Shown: positions 1 to 5,581 of the stretch, piece after piece
Numbering within the stretch: the stretch's first letter is position 1
Layout: each line of letters starts with the position of its first letter
From: a virus
Taxonomy: Duplodnaviria > Heunggongvirae > Uroviricota > Caudoviricetes
IMG/VR virus record: IMGVR_UViG_2648501150_000009
Location: 1 to 5,689 of that record
Direction: 5' to 3' (one strand)
DNA length: 5,689 nucleotides
Notes under the pieces: generated by a model
Database searches by the model: none
The model's input: only the letters and a program-made list of their open reading frames with translations
Told to the model about the DNA's origin: nothing
Program-made: the position numbers and the translations under genes

Positions 1-332
1 CCGCCGCGACTACGGCTGCTGTAGCTGCTGCGAACTCTGCGAATATCGCAAACCAACAGGCACAGCGTGCTGCTAATGCATCAGCCAGCGTTCACCCAAT
101 CACCATTAAGAGCAGTAAGCAAAATCTGGGATTCATAACGTGCGGCACGCGTTCTAATGAAGCTGTAGGCTCTCTGGGATGTACGGTATATGGCGATAGT
201 GAGCGCAGAGAAATTCCATGGAAAACGTGGCCCGGATACGTTCTCGGATCGAAGCTCCCTGCCAGCTATGAAGTAAACGCCGTATCGTTTGATCACTATA
301 ACGGCGTGGCAACGGTCTATTTTGCATATTGA
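1..332 (+). CDS. 3' end of an upstream CDS (partial, start lies outside the window); unknown product with an Ala/Gln-rich low-complexity stretch followed by a Cys-containing C-terminal region
   Basis: Frame 3 is open from the window edge for about 110 codons (…AATTAAVAAANSANIANQQAQRAANASASVHPITIKSS…GVATVYFAY) and ends at TGA 330-332, while the other two + frames hit stops within the first 75 nt. The stop sits 9 nt before the next start, matching the tight packing of the operon. No start is visible, so the product is not identified. Confidence 0.5.
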   Translation, partial: AATTAAVAAANSANIANQQAQRAANASASVHPITIKSSKQNLGFITCGTRSNEAVGSLGCTVYGDSERREIPWKTWPGYVLGSKLPASYEVNAVSFDHYNGVATVYFAY

Positions 333-340
333 GGCTCCGC

Positions 341-1126
341 ATGAAATTCTCCAAATTTTCTGAGTTGGTGAATCGTATTTTGTCCAACAACCACAGCCAT
401 CGTCGCGATATGGATGTAACGATCGTTGTTCATTCGCCTGGCAGCATTGGTTCAACACCCTCAGTTGAGGTTAAGTCAATTCGCGCTGGTTTTGATTGGG
501 ATTCCGGGAAAGTGCTGATTTTCCCAGCACAGCCACTGACCACGCTAACACCAGAACAGATTACTGATATTACTGATAGTGTGCGCAAAGGTCAGTCCTG
601 GCACGCATATCAGGAATACAAGAAGCATAAAGAGCAGTTGGAAAAATTATCGATTGAACTTGATACCGCAAAACAGCGCATTGCAGAGCTGGAGGGTAAT
701 CGCGCGGCGCTGGCTGCGGAGAATGCGAGACTGAAGGCGATATGTGAGGATCGCCGCACGTTTATTATGAATGGCGTGCAGCTTGGTTTTATCAAGGTGC
801 CAACAGTGGAAATAGATCCAGCTCTTGAAACAATTCGTATCGCCCTATCACCACAAAAAACCACTCCTGCGACCGACACTTTCCTGGATGAAGTGAAGAC
901 TGAAGCACGCAAGGAGGGCGCTTACTTTGTGGCGAACAGGATGCTGGCTGCTTGGGAAGCTGGTTTTATTGATGATACTGCGAAGAACGCCGCGGATATT
1001 GCCCGGATGATTCTTACCTCTACTGAGTTTATGGCTAATGCGCGGGAAGGCGATTTTGACCGCTCATTCTCTGATGGCGTTCTCGAAGATATCGCCGAAC
1101 AGCTTAGAAAAGGAGGTAAACAGTGA
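341..1126 (+). CDS. Ead/Ea22-like family phage protein (coiled-coil, 261 aa)
   Basis: ATG at 341 is preceded by GAGG (331-334, 6-nt spacer); the TTG at 329 in the ORF track is less likely. The central heptad-like stretch EQLEKLSIELDTAKQRIAELEGNRAALAAENARLKA and the C-terminal tail AEQLRKGGKQ are what I recall for Ea22-like proteins of lambdoid prophages. It is paralogous to the CDS at 5075..5581 (shared AALAAENA core, TD(T/A)FL(D/A)EV segment and QLRKGGxQ tail). Family assignment is from memory, not a search. Confidence 0.6.
   Translation: MKFSKFSELVNRILSNNHSHRRDMDVTIVVHSPGSIGSTPSVEVKSIRAGFDWDSGKVLIFPAQPLTTLTPEQITDITDSVRKGQSWHAYQEYKKHKEQLEKLSIELDTAKQRIAELEGNRAALAAENARLKAICEDRRTFIMNGVQLGFIKVPTVEIDPALETIRIALSPQKTTPATDTFLDEVKTEARKEGAYFVANRMLAAWEAGFIDDTAKNAADIARMILTSTEFMANAREGDFDRSFSDGVLEDIAEQLRKGGKQ
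702..730 (+). repeat. 29-nt near-identical core shared by the two Ea22-like genes (copy 1; 27/29 identical to 5202..5230)
   Basis: gcgcggcgctggcTgcggagaatgcgAga here against gcgcggcgctggcAgcggagaatgcgGga at 5202-5230. Both encode AALAAENA within the coiled coil; the flanking DNA is much more divergent. Confidence 0.8.
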
Positions 1127-1371
1127 GTAATACCGCACGACTACAGCTTGGTTTTTCACCGCTATCAAAAACCATCGTGTTGGCAAAAATGCGTGACTTA
1201 GGGGATGGAACAAAACGTCGTGTCGGCAATGATCGCGGTCGTGATGTAACCAACGAGGCCGCACAACTCGTTTGGCATCTAGTCATGGCTGAAGGCGGTG
1301 AAATTAATTGGGAGCTGGATGATGGTTCTCGCATGGTATTGAAGGCAGAAAAGCAGGAGCCACCACAGTGA
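1123..1371 (+). CDS. hypothetical small phage protein (82 aa)
   Basis: GTG start at 1123 overlaps the upstream stop (GTGA, 1123-1126) and follows a strong SD AAGGAGGT (1110-1117). Intact 82-codon ORF, translationally coupled on both sides. No recognisable domain. Confidence 0.7.
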   Translation: MSNTARLQLGFSPLSKTIVLAKMRDLGDGTKRRVGNDRGRDVTNEAAQLVWHLVMAEGGEINWELDDGSRMVLKAEKQEPPQ

Positions 1372-1643
1372 ATATCGACACCACGATAACAATCGATACG
1401 GCCCTAAATACCGGTCTGGCACTTTTCGGTTGGCTTTACATCATGTCCCGTACCTGGCGATGGCTGGGTTCCATTTTCCTAAAAGAGTGGAAAAAACGGC
1501 GCAAACAGGAACTACGCCAGAAGGCATTAGAAGCGTTCTATGACGCATTTGAGCTTAGCCGCATTGAACCAGGCACAACAGCCAGAATAGCGACAAAAGG
1601 CGACCTGATGATAGTGATGTTCAGACAGGAGAAAACCAAATGA
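1368..1643 (+). CDS. hypothetical small membrane protein (91 aa) with one predicted transmembrane segment followed by a basic stretch
   Basis: GTG start at 1368 overlaps the upstream stop (GTGA) and follows AGGAG (1355-1359). Hydrophobic stretch ALNTGLALFGWLYIMS…WLGSIFL (about aa 12-38) is followed by KEWKKRRKQELRQK, a positive-inside-type arrangement. Confidence 0.7.
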   Translation: MNIDTTITIDTALNTGLALFGWLYIMSRTWRWLGSIFLKEWKKRRKQELRQKALEAFYDAFELSRIEPGTTARIATKGDLMIVMFRQEKTK

Positions 1644-1864
1644 CAGAACAGACGATGACAAATCGCGAACTTGTTGATGCCGCGATTGAACTTGCTGGCG
1701 ATTTTTATTCCATGATGGGTTACGAGCATCGACCTGGTTTTAAGTATTGGGAGTCACCGCATCCGCAAGAACAACAGGTGTTTGAAATGGCCTGCCGTGC
1801 TTTTGAGGTTATTCGCGGTTCTGATGTGATGGATGCCGTTGCCGACGTGGAGGATGAAGAGTGA
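1640..1864 (+). CDS. hypothetical highly acidic small protein (74 aa)
   Basis: ATG at 1640 overlaps the upstream stop (ATGA) and follows AGGAG (1627-1631, 8-nt spacer). By hand count about 17 D/E against 5 K/R, with an acidic C-terminal tail [10 protein letters not shown]. Confidence 0.75.
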   Translation: MTEQTMTNRELVDAAIELAGDFYSMMGYEHRPGFKYWESPHPQEQQVFEMACRAFEVIRGSDVMDAVADVEDEE

Positions 1865-2172
1865 GCATCATTAAAGAAATGCCGGTAGAACGTGATGAAT
1901 ATGGCTGCTGGACACATCCGGAGTATGAAAAGTTTTGCGCAGGTCGTGAATATATATCCACTGAGGAATTTGACGCCTGGATGAAGGAAAATAATCTTCA
2001 GTGGACTATTCGCAGTATGGATGAAGATGATTTTAATCTGGACGCAGATGGTCCCGATATTGCCGCCTGGGAACCAGTGCGACCAGAGGGCGAAGGATGG
2101 TTTGTTGGCTCTATTCATGACACTGAAGATGGCCCAGTTTGTATCTGGCTGCGGGAGAAGGTTGCCGCATGA
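1861..2172 (+). CDS. hypothetical acidic small protein (103 aa)
   Basis: GTG at 1861 overlaps the upstream stop (GTGA) and follows GGAGGA (1849-1854, 6-nt spacer). By hand count about 25 D/E against 9 K/R. Its stop overlaps the phosphatase start (ATGA at 2169-2172). The Trp/Pro/Gly-rich C-terminal part ([17 protein letters not shown]…VCIWL) faintly recalls small phage DUF-type domains, but I cannot assign it. Confidence 0.7.
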   Translation: MSIIKEMPVERDEYGCWTHPEYEKFCAGREYISTEEFDAWMKENNLQWTIRSMDEDDFNLDADGPDIAAWEPVRPEGEGWFVGSIHDTEDGPVCIWLREKVAA

Positions 2173-2861
2173 ACCAGGCGCTGCATGAAGTGAATTTATA
2201 TAGCCGTATTGATGGTTCAGGCTACAGAAACATATGGGTTGTTGGTGATCTGCATGGTTGCTACACCAGACTGATGTCCGAACTCCATCGTGTGGATTTT
2301 GACCCGGCGCAGGATTTACTGATATCGGTTGGCGACCTTATCGATCGCGGCACCGAAAATGTTGAATGCCTGGAGCTATTGCAGATGCCCTGGTTTCGGT
2401 CGGTTATGGGAAACCACGAGCGATTAATGATCGATGCGTTAAGTCCCGCAGGCAATGTGAATAACTGGCTAATGAATGGCGGTCAATGGTTCTTCATGCT
2501 GGACGCTGATCGGGAAATATTAGCCAGGGCGCTGGTGGAGCTGGTAAGACGTCTTCCCTATATCATTGAGCTGAACACCGGGCATGAAACTATCGTTATA
2601 GCCCATGCCGACTATCCAGGTGGAGAGTACCAGTTCGGTAAGGATGTGTCGCTTTTTGATGTTGTCTGGTCGCGCAGTCGCGTCGGTGATTCTATAGATG
2701 GCATTGGTGGAGAAATCACAGGCGCAGATCGCTTTATCTTTGGGCACACATCGGTACGAAGACCAAAAGCATACTGGAATCAGCACTACATAGACACGGG
2801 CGCGGTTTTTTGCGGAAATCTGACGCTAATGCAGGTGAAGGGAGGGCAGCTTAAAGTCTGA
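2169..2861 (+). CDS. serine/threonine protein phosphatase, lambda PPase / PrpA-PrpB-like metallophosphoesterase (230 aa)
   Basis: Canonical PPP-family motifs are all present: GDLHG (nt 2244-2258), GDLIDRG (nt 2331-2351), GNHE (nt 2409-2420), plus HADYP, WSRSR and the C-terminal IDTGAVF. ATG 2169 follows GGGAGAAGG (2153-2161) and overlaps the upstream stop. The TTG at 2139 from the ORF track is rejected as the start. Confidence 0.93.
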   Translation: MNQALHEVNLYSRIDGSGYRNIWVVGDLHGCYTRLMSELHRVDFDPAQDLLISVGDLIDRGTENVECLELLQMPWFRSVMGNHERLMIDALSPAGNVNNWLMNGGQWFFMLDADREILARALVELVRRLPYIIELNTGHETIVIAHADYPGGEYQFGKDVSLFDVVWSRSRVGDSIDGIGGEITGADRFIFGHTSVRRPKAYWNQHYIDTGAVFCGNLTLMQVKGGQLKV

Positions 2862-2897
2862 TCAAATCATTTACGCACTCAAAATTGCATTAGAACA

Positions 2898-2926
2898 TTG
2901 ATTTTAGTTTTCTAACATATTATTTT
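2898..2926 (+). promoter_or_regulatory. candidate sigma70 promoter in the only sizeable intergenic gap (-35 TTGATT 2898-2903, 17-bp spacer, -10 TATTTT 2921-2926)
   Basis: The AT-rich 98-bp gap (2862-2959) between the phosphatase and the 331-aa CDS contains a -35/-10-like pair with 17-bp spacing. It would drive the downstream module. No convincing Rho-independent terminator hairpin precedes it. The hexamer matches are imperfect. Confidence 0.3.
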
Positions 2927-2959
2927 ACCGCTCGGAACAAAACAGAGTCGGTATGCATT

Positions 2960-3955
2960 ATGAGTGCAATAATCACCCCATATGTCGTAAATGAAACTGG
3001 TGTGGCTGTCTTTCCTGTAGATAAGCCCACCAGCAATTACATCGGCACAGGACGCCGTTTTCTTATATCCCCATTGCCGCGTGAACAGGCTGAAAACACC
3101 CCTGATGGTGTCGTTGACCTGAATTATTCACTGGTTGCCAACCAGTCACTGGCACCCTTTTTTCAAAGTGAGCGTGTATTTAACGCGTTAGGTGGTGAGG
3201 ATTCTCTCGTTCACTGGGTTAGCACCAACATTCACGATTGCCAGGCGCATGATAAGCGCGATTGCAGCCACCAGCTAACCACCCATTTCTATAACGGTTC
3301 TGCCGTTCGCCTGTGCTGGAAGCATGATGCGGAATACATGATGAAGGGATACGGCAAGCTGGAAGACCAACTGTCACTGAATCGCGCCAACTGGATTATG
3401 AACTGGGCTGCCAGCGAGTTAAAACTTCCGCCAGATCGCGATCTGAGCATGGTTGAACTCACCTTTTGGGCCATTCGCCGGAATCTTAAAGACGAACTGC
3501 CTGATGAAGCTGGTCGCATTGCATTTTGTCAGCCAAAAACTGAAATCCCTACCGGCACTCTGAAAGAGTCGGATATTACCTGGGAGCATAGTACCCGCGA
3601 GCTGGTGGATATTTCCGCAGAGCAGATCGTCAATCTGTCCGTCGATGAAGATTCTGGCCTCCTATATATGCGCCGTCCAAAAACCTTACTCGGAAAAAGC
3701 CCGGCTTATCTCCGGTTTGTGGTGTCTCGCCCGTGTGTAGGCTGCGGCGGCAAGGTTAATCACCCATTCATGTACCGCGCCCGCTCGTTAAACGAACACG
3801 ACCGCTGGGCTGTTCCTCTTTGCGATGACTGCGCCAGAAGCGCAGAAAACGATGTCCGGGCATGGGAAAAAGCACATGGCATACGCCTTTACGTAGCCGC
3901 TAACCAGCTTTTCGACTTCGCCATTGAGCGCGGAGTGATCACGTTCAATAACTGA
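2960..3955 (+). CDS. phage protein with C-terminal HNH / His-Me-finger-like zinc-binding motif, possibly DUF968 (YdfU-like) family (331 aa)
   Basis: Intact 331-codon ORF with ATG at 2960 and only a weak upstream SD. The C-terminal segment PCVGCGGKVNHPFMYRARSLNEHDRWAVPLCDDCA (nt about 3734-3832) has the CxxC…H…N…CxxC spacing of HNH/His-Me-finger nucleases. The size and context resemble DUF968 proteins of lambdoid prophages. Family assignment is from memory. Confidence 0.8.
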   Translation: MSAIITPYVVNETGVAVFPVDKPTSNYIGTGRRFLISPLPREQAENTPDGVVDLNYSLVANQSLAPFFQSERVFNALGGEDSLVHWVSTNIHDCQAHDKRDCSHQLTTHFYNGSAVRLCWKHDAEYMMKGYGKLEDQLSLNRANWIMNWAASELKLPPDRDLSMVELTFWAIRRNLKDELPDEAGRIAFCQPKTEIPTGTLKESDITWEHSTRELVDISAEQIVNLSVDEDSGLLYMRRPKTLLGKSPAYLRFVVSRPCVGCGGKVNHPFMYRARSLNEHDRWAVPLCDDCARSAENDVRAWEKAHGIRLYVAANQLFDFAIERGVITFNN

Positions 3956-3968
3956 TGGGAACAATGCA

Positions 3969-4262
3969 ATGAGTCAAGGTAATGGTGACGGAGCTGCAAA
4001 GTGCAGAATCTCCACTTGTTTGATTAATGACAAAAAAATAGAACCGTGCGCGGCGTTGGCACAATCTCTGGAGCAGGATGCTGAATACACGACGCGGAAA
4101 GGTCTGCTGAAATACAAAATCTATAACCATGAATTAATTCATTCACAAGACCTGATCATGCTGCGGTCTGGTGAATTTTCTAAATCGCCTATTCGAGTTT
4201 CATTTTGCCCATTCTGTGGTGAAAGTCTGAAAACGTGGGAAGCGGAGGCAACCAGTGAATAA
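3969..4262 (+). CDS. hypothetical small Cys-containing protein (97 aa), possible zinc ribbon
   Basis: ATG at 3969 lies 13 nt after the upstream stop, with a weak GGGA upstream. Cys pairs CRISTC near the N-terminus and CPFCG near the C-terminus. Its 3' end carries the SD and start of the next gene. Confidence 0.65.
   Translation: MSQGNGDGAAKCRISTCLINDKKIEPCAALAQSLEQDAEYTTRKGLLKYKIYNHELIHSQDLIMLRSGEFSKSPIRVSFCPFCGESLKTWEAEATSE
4244..4258 (+). repeat. 15-nt junction motif GGAGGCAACCAGTGA (SD, 6-nt spacer, GTG start overlapping a stop); identical copy at 5567..5581, variant GGAGGTAAACAGTGA at 1112..1126
   Basis: Exact 15-mer identity between 4244-4258 and 5567-5581, and 13/15 with 1112-1126. 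In each case the GTG is the downstream gene start and TGA or TAA closes the upstream gene. The motif sits in different codon phases of the upstream genes (…EAEATSE* against …RKGGNQ*). Confidence 0.8.
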
Positions 4263-4899
4263 CCGCTTTTACATGATGTGCTTGCGTGAAACTGTGGGTA
4301 ATAACGCCTCATTCCATTGCCATAACGGCAATGGTTACAGTTCTGATATCGATCGCGCTCATGTTTACACGCTGGAAGAAGCCCAAAAAGCCTGGAATTG
4401 TGGTCGAGATATCGATCAGCCTGTTTGCGCTGATAGCGTGGATGCAATGGCTGTGTGGCACGTTGATTGCCAGTACATCCCTACAGAAAGCCTGATTGAG
4501 TCAGATTGCACTGCGTATGTGGCCTACAAAAAAGGTAGCTGGAACGGCAACGATGTTTACTGGCTTCAACACGGTGGATTGCCAACCGATGACTTCAGTA
4601 AAGCGACCATCTTTTGCGTCGCCAACAAAAACGAACCAGGAATAGTTTGGTTGCCATTTTCCATTGCTGATGCAGTAAAGCGCCGGACGTTCAATATCAA
4701 TAACTTTAACCGCAGAACAATGGTTCAGGGCGCAGGTTTGGTCATGCCTGACTGGTTGAAAGAGCAGAACAGAAGAAAGAAGTCGCGAAGCGGGAAGGTG
4801 CGTAGGAATTGTCCGCATTGCGGAAAAATCACCTGGCAGTACAGCCCATATGATTTTGAAGGCTGTCGTGATTACAACTGTGAAGGATGGCGAGAATGA
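4255..4899 (+). CDS. hypothetical Cys/His-rich protein with a C-terminal zinc-ribbon-like motif (214 aa)
   Basis: GTG at 4255 follows GGAGG (4244-4248, 6-nt spacer) and overlaps the upstream stop by 8 nt. A basic stretch NRRKKSRSGKVRRN is followed by CPHCGKITWQYSPYDFEGCRDYNCEGW. An internal ATG at 4273 is an alternative start. Confidence 0.75.
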   Translation: MNNRFYMMCLRETVGNNASFHCHNGNGYSSDIDRAHVYTLEEAQKAWNCGRDIDQPVCADSVDAMAVWHVDCQYIPTESLIESDCTAYVAYKKGSWNGNDVYWLQHGGLPTDDFSKATIFCVANKNEPGIVWLPFSIADAVKRRTFNINNFNRRTMVQGAGLVMPDWLKEQNRRKKSRSGKVRRNCPHCGKITWQYSPYDFEGCRDYNCEGWRE

Positions 4900-5078
4900 C
4901 AATTGACTATCAAGAACTGCGCGAGGCAGCGGAACAGGCAACGCAAGATGAATGGGTAGCATATATTTTGCCGGGTCATAACGGCATTTATCCTGCGCGC
5001 ACGTCTGAGGGTAGGCATTGTGCGGATACTTTATTGACTGGCCTGGCGTCTGTCAGGGGCGGGAGAGCATCAACATGA
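4896..5078 (+). CDS. small ORF (60 aa), possibly the N-terminal module of an Ea22-like gene, either a separate gene or a frameshift remnant
   Basis: ATG 4896 overlaps the upstream stop (ATGA) and follows GAAGGA (4882-4887, 8-nt spacer). Its N-terminus MTIDYQELREAAEQA matches the start of the partial gene at 5578 (SEINYQALREVAERA). Its stop overlaps the start of the next CDS (ATGA at 5075-5078). Confidence 0.55.
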   Translation: MTIDYQELREAAEQATQDEWVAYILPGHNGIYPARTSEGRHCADTLLTGLASVRGGRAST

Positions 5079-5581
5079 GCATCAGAACCTACGCAGTGAA
5101 TTGCAATGACGCATGGCTAAACACCGAAGGTGATGACATCTCCGGCTCATACGTTAAGTACAAAGACCATCAGGAAGTGGTTGCCGCTCTTGAGGCCAAG
5201 TGCGCGGCGCTGGCAGCGGAGAATGCGGGAATAAAGTCTGCAATTCCAGAATCACGGGATATTGAAGATGACAATGACAATATGGATGACGTATCTCTCG
5301 CGGAAGACTTCGGGTTCAATCATGCAATAGAACGGATGAGGAGACAGATACCTGAAACACCAACCACTGATGCTTTCCTGGCTGAAGTCCGGGCGCAGGG
5401 GGTGGATGCTGCTATAGAAGCTGCAAAAAATCTGGTGGCCCAAGAATATGAGTATAAGGATTTCAAAGCGGCGCAGAGTGATTGCTGTATGTACCCTGGT
5501 TCAGACCTGGTAGGGAAGGTTGAAATGACTGAGTGGTTAGTTGACTTTGCTGCCCAGCTTCGCAAAGGAGGCAACCAGTGA
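5075..5581 (+). CDS. Ead/Ea22-like family phage protein, coiled-coil plus C-terminal module (168 aa), paralog of 341..1126
   Basis: ATG 5075 is the first ATG in the frame and follows GGGAGAG (5060-5066). It shares VAALEAKCAALAAENAGIKS, TDAFLAEVRAQGV and the tail AAQLRKGGNQ with the first Ea22-like gene. The TTG at 5018 from the ORF track is rejected as the start. Confidence 0.7.
   Translation: MSIRTYAVNCNDAWLNTEGDDISGSYVKYKDHQEVVAALEAKCAALAAENAGIKSAIPESRDIEDDNDNMDDVSLAEDFGFNHAIERMRRQIPETPTTDAFLAEVRAQGVDAAIEAAKNLVAQEYEYKDFKAAQSDCCMYPGSDLVGKVEMTEWLVDFAAQLRKGGNQ
5202..5230 (+). repeat. 29-nt near-identical core shared by the two Ea22-like genes (copy 2)
   Basis: Direct comparison with 702-730 by eye: 2 mismatches in 29 nt. 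Confidence 0.8.
5567..5581 (+). repeat. second exact copy of the 15-nt junction motif GGAGGCAACCAGTGA
   Basis: Identical to 4244-4258; forms the stop of the second Ea22-like CDS and the SD/start of the downstream gene. Confidence 0.8.

Noticed and set aside
329-340. TTG (329), TTG (2139) and TTG (5018) starts given by the ORF track
   Set aside because: In each case an ATG further downstream (341, 2169, 5075) has a properly spaced SD and, for the latter two, overlaps the upstream stop. The TTG starts lack an RBS.
81-458. Minus-strand ORFs 81..458 (125 aa) and 154..390 (78 aa)
   Set aside because: They lie antisense to a long open + strand frame and to the start of the Ea22-like gene, with no SD context and no recognisable motifs. 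They are most likely shadow ORFs.
1720-2118. Minus-strand ORF of 132 aa
   Set aside because: It is antisense to two + strand genes that have clear SD sequences and coupled starts. No supporting signals; shadow ORF.
2862-2897. Possible Rho-independent terminator after the phosphatase gene
   Set aside because: I found no GC-rich stem followed by a T-tract, only short AT-rich inverted matches. Transcription may read through or terminate by another mechanism.
4286-4495. + strand alternate-frame ORF (69 aa) inside the 214-aa gene, with two hydrophobic segments separated by a basic loop (VITPHSIAITAMVTVLISIALMF-RWKKPKKPG-IVVEISISLFALIAWMQWLCG)
   Set aside because: Its membrane-hairpin look is intriguing, but the start would be a GTG with no SD-like sequence upstream, and hydrophobic peptides arise often in off-frames of coding DNA. 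I treat it as unsupported unless ribosome profiling or conservation says otherwise.
4887-4889. ATG at 4887 as the start of the 60-aa ORF
   Set aside because: There is no SD at the right distance. The ATG at 4896 has GAAGGA 8 nt upstream and forms an ATGA overlap with the upstream stop.
4501-4962. Minus-strand ORF of 153 aa
   Set aside because: It is antisense to the 214-aa CDS and the 60-aa ORF, which are supported by RBS and stop/start coupling. No motif or RBS evidence for the minus-strand frame.
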